64,000 nucleotides of DNA, from NCBI GenBank assembly GCA_963789265.1, contig CAWBKB010000005.1, positions 773,635 to 837,634 of the forward strand. The letters are read 5' to 3'. A program made the position numbers and the translations under genes. Positions 55,927 through 64,000 of the stretch are shown in pieces. Source of the DNA: an uncultured delta proteobacterium. Its GTDB lineage: Bacteria > Desulfobacterota > Desulfomonilia > Desulfomonilales > Desulfomonilaceae. Numbering within the stretch: position 1 is the stretch's first letter; every line of letters starts with the position of its first letter. The notes below the pieces were generated by a model. It was not told where the DNA came from. It saw only the letters and a list, made by a program, of their open reading frames with translations, and did no database searches.

Positions 55927-56694
55927 TTAAGGCAAGGTCAGCGAAAGGCTTTGATTTGCCTTACCCAAGGTCGGCAAATTCCGTCCATCAAACCGCAGAC
56001 GTATGCCGCCCGCGTTACCGGTCTGAAGATGAAAACCTTCCTTCGCGGTAAAAATTTGAATATCTCCTGGAGCCATCACAAGCTCCTCTGCCGGTCCGCC
56101 GTCTGGCTCCACTCGGATCCATGTGTTGGCAAGCGCCTTTATTTCCAGGATCTTCTTGCCCTCTTGAGTACGCGTGGACTCTATAATTCCGGAAGCAACT
56201 TGTTGCCCATCCAAAGAACCCCGGGCTGAAAAAGCACCGCGGCGGGACGGCTGAACCGTTTTAACAGACGGTTCACCTCCGCGGACACCGGTACCCTTCC
56301 AGAACAGGCGGCTGACGCCAGTCGACAATAGGATGATGATAGATATCACACCTGCTGTGGTCAGGGCCAGCGTGAACCACGAACTGTTGATAAATGAGCT
56401 GCCGGGAGCCTTTTGATGGAATACAGGATGTTCCTCTTCTTCATAATCCGGCAACTCCCCTTCCTTAGTGAACTGCTCAAAACGTCCTACGCTTTCATCG
56501 GCGTTCAAGCCCAATTCTTGCACGTAGGAACGAATGAAGCCCTTCACAAATACGCGAGGCGGCAGAAGGTCATAGCGGTCCTGTTCGAGGAATTCCAGAT
56601 TGGTCACAGCAATCTTGGTATTCGCTGAGATCTCCTCTATAGTCTTGCCCGCTTCTTCTCGCAGGCCCTTGAGGTATTGTCCAAAAGATTCCAT
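55927..56694 (-). CDS. rodZ: RodZ-like HTH membrane protein
   Basis: FGQYLKGLRE HTH, FVKGFIRSY, TM, C-terminal TWIRV...GNAGGI. Confidence 0.85.
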   Translation of the reverse strand: MESFGQYLKGLREEAGKTIEEISANTKIAVTNLEFLEQDRYDLLPPRVFVKGFIRSYVQELGLNADESVGRFEQFTKEGELPDYEEEEHPVFHQKAPGSSFINSSWFTLALTTAGVISIIILLSTGVSRLFWKGTGVRGGEPSVKTVQPSRRGAFSARGSLDGQQVASGIIESTRTQEGKKILEIKALANTWIRVEPDGGPAEELVMAPGDIQIFTAKEGFHLQTGNAGGIRLRFDGRNLPTLGKANQSLSLTLP

Positions 56695-56879
56695 ACGTCG
56701 AGTATAACCATCAATTCATAGTCGGACCGCTGATTTTTTTCTTGTCACCAAACCGGTCCTGTGTGAAATTCGTTTACATTTCCCCTCAAGAGCCGAACGT
56801 TCCGATTTGGGGATATTGGACCCCTTTGCATCTATGTGCTGAGACAACAGGACTCTGAATTTCGATTATCACTCCACGC

Positions 56880-59477
56880 ATGGATGATCAAGAGTTTATT
56901 GCCGGAAGACGCAACTCATTTGCAATGAAGGTTCTTCGAGAAAAGTTGGAACGGTTCCCTACCGTGTTCGCTTTGGTCTTCCTATGCGGGGGAATATGGC
57001 TCGCGAGGCAAGTGCAGGGCTTTGACATGGCTTCTTGGTCGAAACCTGCCATGATCCCCATGCTGGGCATTGTGCTCCTGGCCGTGAGATGGCGAAATCG
57101 GGCCTGTCTTTGGCTTGCAGTATCGATCTTGTTCTTTTCTCTGGGATTCCACCTGGCGATAAACCAACTATGGTGCGGCCGCGATTATGAACCATCAAGC
57201 GCGAAACACGTGATTCACGCCACCGTGTCCAAAATGTGGGCGTCAGGCGTGGGATTTCACATACTTATATTGGAATCCGGGTTGGACGTAACTGGCGGCA
57301 CCTCTTTACCGGGGAACGGCAGATTGTTCGTGAGAGAGAACCCGATTTCGCTATGCTCAGGTGATCGCATCGCATTCTACGCTCGCATCCGGAAACCGAT
57401 CAATAGGGGGAACCCAGGCGAATATGATTGGGAAATCGACTGCAAAAGCACTGGAATCCAGTGGCTCGTCTCAACCCGGGGGCAAGATTCGATCCTCGTA
57501 TTGCACAGGGGGTCGAGATATCGTCCTGCTGCTCTCCTATTTCAGTTGCGAGACGCGATGGATCGATTCCTGGAAATTTATTCGGGACGATTCCTGGCAA
57601 ATCACTTGGGCATGCTCCCGCAAAGTGATTCCATTGTGCAGGTGCGGGGGTTTCTCAAAGGAATAATCCTTGGAGACCTTGGAGAGATTGATCCTAGTCT
57701 TTACAAGAGCTTCTCCGATTCGGGTTTGATCCACGTCCTTTCGGTCTCCGGCGTCCATGTGGCAATTGTTGCCCTGCTGTCACTGCTGCTAGTGCGCGGT
57801 GCTGTTCGCATCGTACCGGGAATTCTCCTATGGGTGCCTTACAGGAAACTGGGGGCGCTGGCATCCGTGCCGGCAATGATTGGCTATTGCCTGTTGGTAG
57901 AAGCTCGAGTTCCGGCTATGCGCTCAACTCTCATGGGCCTCGTGATAGCAAGTGCCATCATGTCAGGTAGGAAGTGGAACTCATTCAATTCGCTGGCTTT
58001 GGCAGCTTTGCTTATCATACTGCTCTATCCTCTTTCGATTTTCACTCCAAGCTTCCAGCTCTCGTTTTCAGCAGTGGCCGGCATATTTTTTGTTGTGCCT
58101 ACACTGACCAAGCGTCTCTTTCAAGTCCCATCCCAAAATGTCGAGGATAGAGGTGTACGCGTGGCGAATAATGCCCTTTTGGGACGAGCCGAAAAGGCTG
58201 TGCGACCGTTCGCTGCTGTGGTCTTCACTTCTTTGGCCGCAACTTTGGCCGTAACTCCGCTGATTTTGCAGAATTTCCATTCGTTTCCTGTATATACTCT
58301 GTTTGCCAACCTATCGACAGATTTGATTCTAACTATGGCCCTTTCGCTCGGTCTGGTTGCAGCACTCTTGGGTACGATCTTTCCTGCGGTATCGGCCTGG
58401 ATCTTGGCTCCCGCAGAAGTATGCACTTGGCTCGTCATAAGGATCTCTTCATATTTTGCCGGTTTGCCTTTCAGTACCATCCGACTGAGTCACATGGGTA
58501 TTCCGCAATTCTTACTGGTGACGGGCGCCGCATTGACTCTTTTATGGTTCCTGCGGAATCCTTCCAGGAGACGAGCCCTATCAGGGGGGACGCTGGCTCT
58601 GATCGCTGTTCTGGCAATTTGGCTGTGGCCGAACGATCGCAATGTGCTCAAAGTGGTTTTCCTGAATGTAGGGAAAGGGGATGCCGCCCTGATCTATTCG
58701 GCCGGCTCGCGAAGTTTGCTCATTGATGGCGGAGTCAAAACCGAATACTTCGATACGGGACGGAGCATCTTGATGCCATTCCTCTATTGGGCAGGGGCAC
58801 AGTCATTGGACGGCATTCTGATCACCCATCCCCACATGGATCACATAGGAGGAATACAGTCCGTAATCGCTCAGGTCCCGCCATACCGTGTCTGGTGGAA
58901 TCCTGTTGAAGGCAGTCATGATTACCTGGAAAAGATCTTCACTGTGAGCCGTTCCAAGGGGGCTAACATCCTCGGTGCCGATAGAACTCGAGGGGTCATA
59001 CAATTGGGCGCGGCCACACTAAAATTTCTGAATCGTCCTCACCCCGTAATCAGCCTTGAGAGTACGAAGCGGGACGAAAACAACTCGTCGGTTGTATGTA
59101 GGGTGAAGTACGGCACCATCTCCTTTCTTTTCACGGGAGACCTTGAACGTGGGGGAGAGGACGAGCTACTGACCTCAGGCTTGACGTTGAAGGCAACTGT
59201 TTTAAAAGTGGGTCATCACGGCGGCAAGAATGGAACTTCCGGACGATTCCTTGAAGCGGTCCAGCCCAAAATCGCTGTTATCTCGGCACAATGTCCGCCA
59301 TCCGGGGGGTTGCCCAATCGTGGTGTCCTGGAAAGGCTGGAATCCGCCGGAGTTGAGACGTTCTGGACGGGTAGAGACGGAGCCGTGACAATCGAGACCG
59401 ACGGAAGGGAGGTGTCTGCAACAATCGGCCGGAGACACAGAGGCGCGCCGCGCCGGTCCCGCTACACATTCAGGTGA
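56880..59477 (+). CDS. comEC: ComEC/Rec2 DNA uptake channel with MBL domain
   Basis: NPGEYD, GLIHVLSVSGVH, SFQLSF, NVGKGD, THPHMDH, NNSS, KVGHHG. Confidence 0.94.
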   Translation: MDDQEFIAGRRNSFAMKVLREKLERFPTVFALVFLCGGIWLARQVQGFDMASWSKPAMIPMLGIVLLAVRWRNRACLWLAVSILFFSLGFHLAINQLWCGRDYEPSSAKHVIHATVSKMWASGVGFHILILESGLDVTGGTSLPGNGRLFVRENPISLCSGDRIAFYARIRKPINRGNPGEYDWEIDCKSTGIQWLVSTRGQDSILVLHRGSRYRPAALLFQLRDAMDRFLEIYSGRFLANHLGMLPQSDSIVQVRGFLKGIILGDLGEIDPSLYKSFSDSGLIHVLSVSGVHVAIVALLSLLLVRGAVRIVPGILLWVPYRKLGALASVPAMIGYCLLVEARVPAMRSTLMGLVIASAIMSGRKWNSFNSLALAALLIILLYPLSIFTPSFQLSFSAVAGIFFVVPTLTKRLFQVPSQNVEDRGVRVANNALLGRAEKAVRPFAAVVFTSLAATLAVTPLILQNFHSFPVYTLFANLSTDLILTMALSLGLVAALLGTIFPAVSAWILAPAEVCTWLVIRISSYFAGLPFSTIRLSHMGIPQFLLVTGAALTLLWFLRNPSRRRALSGGTLALIAVLAIWLWPNDRNVLKVVFLNVGKGDAALIYSAGSRSLLIDGGVKTEYFDTGRSILMPFLYWAGAQSLDGILITHPHMDHIGGIQSVIAQVPPYRVWWNPVEGSHDYLEKIFTVSRSKGANILGADRTRGVIQLGAATLKFLNRPHPVISLESTKRDENNSSVVCRVKYGTISFLFTGDLERGGEDELLTSGLTLKATVLKVGHHGGKNGTSGRFLEAVQPKIAVISAQCPPSGGLPNRGVLERLESAGVETFWTGRDGAVTIETDGREVSATIGRRHRGAPRRSRYTFR

Positions 59478-59768
59478 ACGTAAATCAAAAAATGACACTG
59501 GTACAACACAGTAGATTGCAGCCTTCCACAACCTGCGGATATTCCTGAACCCCAAGTTGTCGCCCCAGTGGCCGCTGCCACAATCTTGTCACAGTAGTTT
59601 CGAGAAGTTATTAATTAATCGAATTTGACGAACGTCGCATCTTAATTGTAAAGTCCGGTACCGTAGCCGTTGCAACTCAGGGCGTCCGCATTAGAGACAG
59701 CTTGACATGAGATGTCGAAAGTATGATAGACAATGCTGGGTTGATGCCGGTTAAAATGGGCGATCCAC

Positions 59769-59854
59769 GCGAGAGTGGCGGAATTTGGCAGACGCACCGG
59801 ACTTAGGATCCGGCGGGGCAACCCATGGGGGTTCAAGTCCCCCCTCTCGCACCA
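59769..59854 (+). tRNA. tRNA-Leu (TAG)
   Basis: GCGAGAG/CTCTCGC acceptor stem, CCGGA-CTTAGGA-TCCGG anticodon arm, long variable arm, GGTTCAAGTCC, CCA. Confidence 0.96.
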
Positions 59855-59907
59855 CTGTCAAGCCCTACCCCTTATAGGTTTTTTTGGAGTGAACGGGAGT
59901 TGTCATA

Positions 59908-60219
59908 ATGGTTCGAAAGCTTGTGGGCATAATATTTGTAGGCATGTTGTTTGCGGCGTTATTTCCATGCTATTGCACAGCCCAGTATTACGGGCCGGGT
60001 TATTACTATCCCCCGGGCTATCAGGCGCCTCTCCACAATCGTCAACATGTTGCTCCTCGGGGCACCCTTCCATTGCCTCCGTCCGTATATCGGCTAGCGC
60101 CGAATCCTTATACTATCTGGAGATGGGATCAGCACAACAGGTACGAAGATTACCAGTCTCTCTTGAGAAGTCCGCTGGACCGGGAATCTGCTCTGGACTT
60201 CATGTTAAGGACATTCTGA
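59908..60219 (+). CDS. Small secreted Tyr/Pro-rich hypothetical protein
   Basis: Signal peptide-like N-terminus, then QYYGPGYYYPPGY. Confidence 0.65.
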   Translation: MVRKLVGIIFVGMLFAALFPCYCTAQYYGPGYYYPPGYQAPLHNRQHVAPRGTLPLPPSVYRLAPNPYTIWRWDQHNRYEDYQSLLRSPLDRESALDFMLRTF

Positions 60220-60420
60220 TAGATCTAGACAAACTCGATCTTTATTCAACGTCGGATTGTCCGTAGATAGCTTGTCAATGAGAGAGCGCTGGAGAAATGT
60301 CACCGCTTCAGCGTCGGAAGGGGGGATGCGCTCTTGTCGTTTCACCGGTACCAAGTTCCATTCAAGAGTTGTTAAAAGCATGCCACTCAACCCCAAACCG
60401 TAGCTTCGAAAGGATTTCTT

Positions 60421-61806
60421 ATGGAACCAGCGGACATAATGACCCTTGTCAACACTCAGCGGACGTTCTTCAACACGGGGAAAACAAAAGACCTGTCCTT
60501 CAGAATCGCACAGATGAAACTCTTTCGCAAAGTCGTTGACGCTAATGAGGATTCAATTTGCGAAGCCCTGAAACATGACATGAATAAACCAAGATTTGAG
60601 GCTTACGTCGGAGAGATAGCCATGCTCAACAATGAAATCGACTACGCTGTCCGACATGTAAAATCCTGGGCCAAGCCGAAGAAAGTCATGACTCCCTTCG
60701 TACACTTCCCGGCCAAGAGCCACATATATTCGGAACCTCTTGGGGTCGTTTTGATTATAGGTACATGGAACTATCCGATTCAGCTCATCCTGTGTCCCTT
60801 GGTCGGAGCTATTGCCGCCGGTAACTGCTCCATATTAAAGCCTTCCAGGGTGGCCCCCCACACCTCCGATCTTGTTGCACGGATCATAACGGAAAATTTC
60901 GACCCGGGCTTTATTGCCGCGGTTCAAGGCGGGGCGGAAGACGTCAAGAATCTGCTCGACTGCCGACTAGACCATGTTTTTTTCACTGGAGGGACATCGG
61001 TCGGCAGAATAATAGCGGAAGCGGCAGCCAGGAAGCTCACACCGGTCACTCTGGAGTTGGGAGGCAAAAGTCCGTGTGTTGTGGATCGAGACGTCCATTC
61101 GGATCATGCTGCGCGTAGAATAACATGGGGAAAATTTTTTAATGCCGGCCAGACCTGCGTGGCGCCCGATTACCTGCTGGTGCACAAGAGCAGGAAAGGA
61201 GAAATTCTACAAGGCATTACGCGCTGCATAAAAGAGTTTTACGGCGAAGACCCCCATAGTAGCCCGGATTATGCCAGAATCATCAATGACAAGCATTTTG
61301 ACAGGCTTTCCGGACTGCTGGATGAAGGTGATATCATCGCCGGAGGAAAGACAATTTCTGCGGACAGATATATCGCTCCGACCGTCATAGACAATGTTTC
61401 CTGGGACCACAAAATCATGCAGGACGAAATCTTCGGCCCGCTCCTTCCGGTGATTGAATATGAGGATTTGGCGCAGGCCGTGTCCATGATCAATCAGCGA
61501 CCCAAGCCGCTCTCTCTGTATTTCTTCTCAACAAACAAAGAGGCGCAGCGGTCTGTTTTGAATGCAACCAGCTCCGGCGGTTGCACGATAAACGATACGA
61601 TAGTTCATCTTTCCACTCAGACTTTACCCTTCGGTGGTGTTGGTGAAAGCGGGACTGGAAAGTACCACGGCCAAGCAAGCTTCGACACCTTCTCCAACAA
61701 GAAAAGCGTTCTTTATCGTTCGTTCCTGATTGACATGCCGTTACGATACGCCCCCTACGGAAAGAAACTGTCCATGGTTAAGAAGATGTTACGATACTTC
61801 GGATAA
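60421..61806 (+). CDS. NAD(P)-dependent aldehyde dehydrogenase (ALDH3-like)
   Basis: WNYP, FTGG, LELGGKSP, NAGQTCVAPD, EIFGP, PFGGVGESG. Confidence 0.95.
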   Translation: MEPADIMTLVNTQRTFFNTGKTKDLSFRIAQMKLFRKVVDANEDSICEALKHDMNKPRFEAYVGEIAMLNNEIDYAVRHVKSWAKPKKVMTPFVHFPAKSHIYSEPLGVVLIIGTWNYPIQLILCPLVGAIAAGNCSILKPSRVAPHTSDLVARIITENFDPGFIAAVQGGAEDVKNLLDCRLDHVFFTGGTSVGRIIAEAAARKLTPVTLELGGKSPCVVDRDVHSDHAARRITWGKFFNAGQTCVAPDYLLVHKSRKGEILQGITRCIKEFYGEDPHSSPDYARIINDKHFDRLSGLLDEGDIIAGGKTISADRYIAPTVIDNVSWDHKIMQDEIFGPLLPVIEYEDLAQAVSMINQRPKPLSLYFFSTNKEAQRSVLNATSSGGCTINDTIVHLSTQTLPFGGVGESGTGKYHGQASFDTFSNKKSVLYRSFLIDMPLRYAPYGKKLSMVKKMLRYFG

Positions 61807-62031
61807 AGGAGCTTTCGCTTGCCGTGTAATTTTGAGGCCCCTATAATAGATATCGAAACCGGACAGGGGGAAGCCCGCTTGGTCGGGCGTGCAGGACATT
61901 GCTGACTGCTGTGTTTGTGCCGCTTGGGGTCTCCGGTTTTGCTTATGGAGTGTGGGTTAACATTGTATATAATCAAGGGGTTAGTTGTAAGCGATCGTAC
62001 AGCTATTCGCTCCTAGTCCAAGGAGGTCTCT

Positions 62032-62334
62032 ATGCCTGAATTCTCAACCCCCTTTTCCGGATTGGCCAACGACCGTAAGATTACTCAGTCCGAATTGATC
62101 CGTGCTATCCGTTATTCGGTAGCCGCGGAATACGAGGCTATTCAGCTTTACGAGCAGCTCGCGGAATCCACTGATAATCAATTAGCCAAAAAGGTCCTGT
62201 ATGATGTCGCTAGAGAGGAAGTGGTGCATGCAGGAGAGTTCCTCTGTCTTCTCAAGGAGTTGAATCCGGAAGAAGAGAATAATTACGCGGAAGGTCGTGA
62301 AGAAGTCGAAGAAATGATTCGGAAGTTGAAATAA
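62032..62334 (+). CDS. Short ferritin-like/rubrerythrin-type protein
   Basis: AEYEAIQLY...EEVVHAGEF di-iron-type motifs; AGGAGG RBS. Confidence 0.8.
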   Translation: MPEFSTPFSGLANDRKITQSELIRAIRYSVAAEYEAIQLYEQLAESTDNQLAKKVLYDVAREEVVHAGEFLCLLKELNPEEENNYAEGREEVEEMIRKLK

Positions 62335-62391
62335 TAATTCTTCCATCATAGGCGGGGTACGAAAAGCTCTAATCAGTAATGCACTGGAAGC

Positions 62392-64000
62392 GGGTGCCGC
62401 TACTTTCTGTCAGGAGTTATGCGGCACGCGGTAGTTCTTGATCCCGGATCTCGGGAGAGTTTGTATCTTCGATGCCGTAGAGGCGTCGCCTCTCCGATCT
62501 TCGTCTATAATTCCAAAAGAGATCCCAGTCGTTGTTGATGTGAACGGCCCTCAGGTGGATCATGCTTTCCGCTCCATGGATCGTCCAACTCATCCCCGTG
62601 AGTTCCAATCTGTCGTTGATGAGGTTGCGACATGCTCCTTCAATGACCCCGCTGCCGATGGGATAGCCTTTTGCCAAGCAGATTTCGTACCGCATGTGCT
62701 TGCGGTTTCGTTGGAGATACCCGATGACTTGTTCGATGCAATGTTTCTTGGCGCCGGAGAGTTCCTGCTTGGTTAGCATCTGCTTGAGCCCGCCGATAAG
62801 CCTGCCGGCCCTGCCGCCCAGGAGCATTCTCAATCTCTCCGTCACGAATTCTCTGGCTTGCGGGCTGCCCTCGTCATAAAAGCAAAGAGCGGCTTTCCCC
62901 AAGTGTTCCAGGACGTGAAAGATGTCCAGCACGAAAAAGGCTGCAGGAAAATATGCGCATACCAGTGCCCAGAGAGAACGCTCTCCGTCCAGGATACAGA
63001 CCAGCTCGTTACCTTTCGGCAATCGCTGTTCGACAGCCTTCTTCAGGCGGGCCACCGTCTTTTCCGAACCATCGGTGAGGCTGCCCCACGTAAGCTTGTC
63101 CTGGGGTTTGGGCCTGGAATCGAAACTACCCTCGTCCGATACCTCACGGACAATGTCGTCCTCCGTGCGGACGTAACGTGGAGTGACGTAGGTGGAGATC
63201 ACGGTTGCCATCTTCTTCTTTCCGGGCTTGTCGGGATCAACGGAGACCCTCTCGGGACCGGCCCCGCCTTCCTGGGGCTTACGAATAACCACCCCCTTCT
63301 TGTCTACGGTAGCGACCGTTACCACAGCATCCGGACAAAGATCCGGCGGGGCCTTCTCTGCGTAGTATCGATCCACCTCGTCGCAGACGTCTCCCACAAT
63401 GCTCTCCAGTGAACGAATTGGCATCCTTACGGGAAAGAAGGAACGAAAAATCTCCTCCGCATCCTCGTAGCTCATCGAAACCGCAAGCCGGGAAGAGAAC
63501 TCCTGAACCAGGTATGAATAGCCTCTCTCAGGCAAGTTGATCTCTCCATCCAAAGGAAAGACTCCCGGTGAGCCGGTTGCGTGATAGTAGGCTCTCCGGA
63601 TGGATATCGTTCCAAAGATGGACCGATATGCACATCCCCTGTCACGAACATATGGCAATCGATGGCCCTGGGGTTCGATGATCTCCTTGCCGGCATATCC
63701 GGTCCCCTTTTCAGACACAAATTCTTCAAGAGCCGCTTTCCCGACCGCCATCACCATGGGAAGAAGCTGCCTTTCTACTTCCCCGATTTCCATTCCTTGC
63801 GCTGACTCTCGCACAAAGGCGAGAATCTCATTGACCAGCGAGATTATGTTCGGTATTCCTTGTTCCATATCCGGTCCTCCCCAGCGGATACATCGTTCGC
63901 CAAACGTCATGTACCCCATAAGAGGACCGGAAACCACTCCTTTCTCCGTGCTATCTACTCGTTTTTACTTGAGCCACTCATGACAAGAAATCGCGGCACC
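62392..64000 (-). mobile_element. ISKra4-family insertion sequence
   Basis: Imperfect terminal inverted repeats 62393-62417 (GGTGCCGCTACTTTCTGTCAGGAGT) and 63976-64000 (reverse complement GGTGCCGCGATTTCTTGTCATGAGT), 20/25 match. Confidence 0.85.
62417..63868 (-). CDS. ISKra4-type DDE transposase
   Basis: VDKKG, LDGERSLW, LDIFHVLEHL, GYPIGSGVIEGACR...GMSW; start uncertain (ATG 63868 with GGAGG RBS; ORF open to 63937). Confidence 0.88.
   Translation of the reverse strand: MEQGIPNIISLVNEILAFVRESAQGMEIGEVERQLLPMVMAVGKAALEEFVSEKGTGYAGKEIIEPQGHRLPYVRDRGCAYRSIFGTISIRRAYYHATGSPGVFPLDGEINLPERGYSYLVQEFSSRLAVSMSYEDAEEIFRSFFPVRMPIRSLESIVGDVCDEVDRYYAEKAPPDLCPDAVVTVATVDKKGVVIRKPQEGGAGPERVSVDPDKPGKKKMATVISTYVTPRYVRTEDDIVREVSDEGSFDSRPKPQDKLTWGSLTDGSEKTVARLKKAVEQRLPKGNELVCILDGERSLWALVCAYFPAAFFVLDIFHVLEHLGKAALCFYDEGSPQAREFVTERLRMLLGGRAGRLIGGLKQMLTKQELSGAKKHCIEQVIGYLQRNRKHMRYEICLAKGYPIGSGVIEGACRNLINDRLELTGMSWTIHGAESMIHLRAVHINNDWDLFWNYRRRSERRRLYGIEDTNSPEIRDQELPRAA

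Noticed and set aside
62032..62334. Encapsulin cargo system
   Set aside because: No encapsulin shell gene nearby and no recognisable C-terminal targeting peptide.
59769..62390. Genomic island at tRNA-Leu(TAG)
   Set aside because: No duplicated tRNA 3' end or integrase in the window; an att site beyond 64000 cannot be excluded.

Overview
Mostly core chromosome of an anaerobe whose gene content and style suggest Desulfobacterota/Deltaproteobacteria (inference). It contains cysS-ispF, PBP1A, HtrA, a multi-PAS hybrid kinase, rpsU, HU, miaA-hfq, xth, a dcw cluster (rsmH to ftsZ, without mraZ, murD or ddl), pilD/rodZ/comEC, three tRNAs (Pro-GGG, Leu-GAG, Leu-TAG) and an ISKra4-type element at the right edge. 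Many genes, including essential ones, are split by single-base indels in short base runs, most likely assembly errors. The main accessory region is 15.1-25.3 kb. An intact tRNA-Pro is followed by three degenerate copies of its 3' half, which delimit three integrase-free islets. The middle islet carries a Trypco1-like gene divergent from a ~1,700-aa trypsin protease-STAND NTPase fusion, a candidate protease-effector NLR/Avs-like defence system. A second candidate novelty is a DprA/SLOG-like domain fused to an AbiGi/ART-like domain inside the competence gene cluster. All family calls come from motif reading; no database searches were run.
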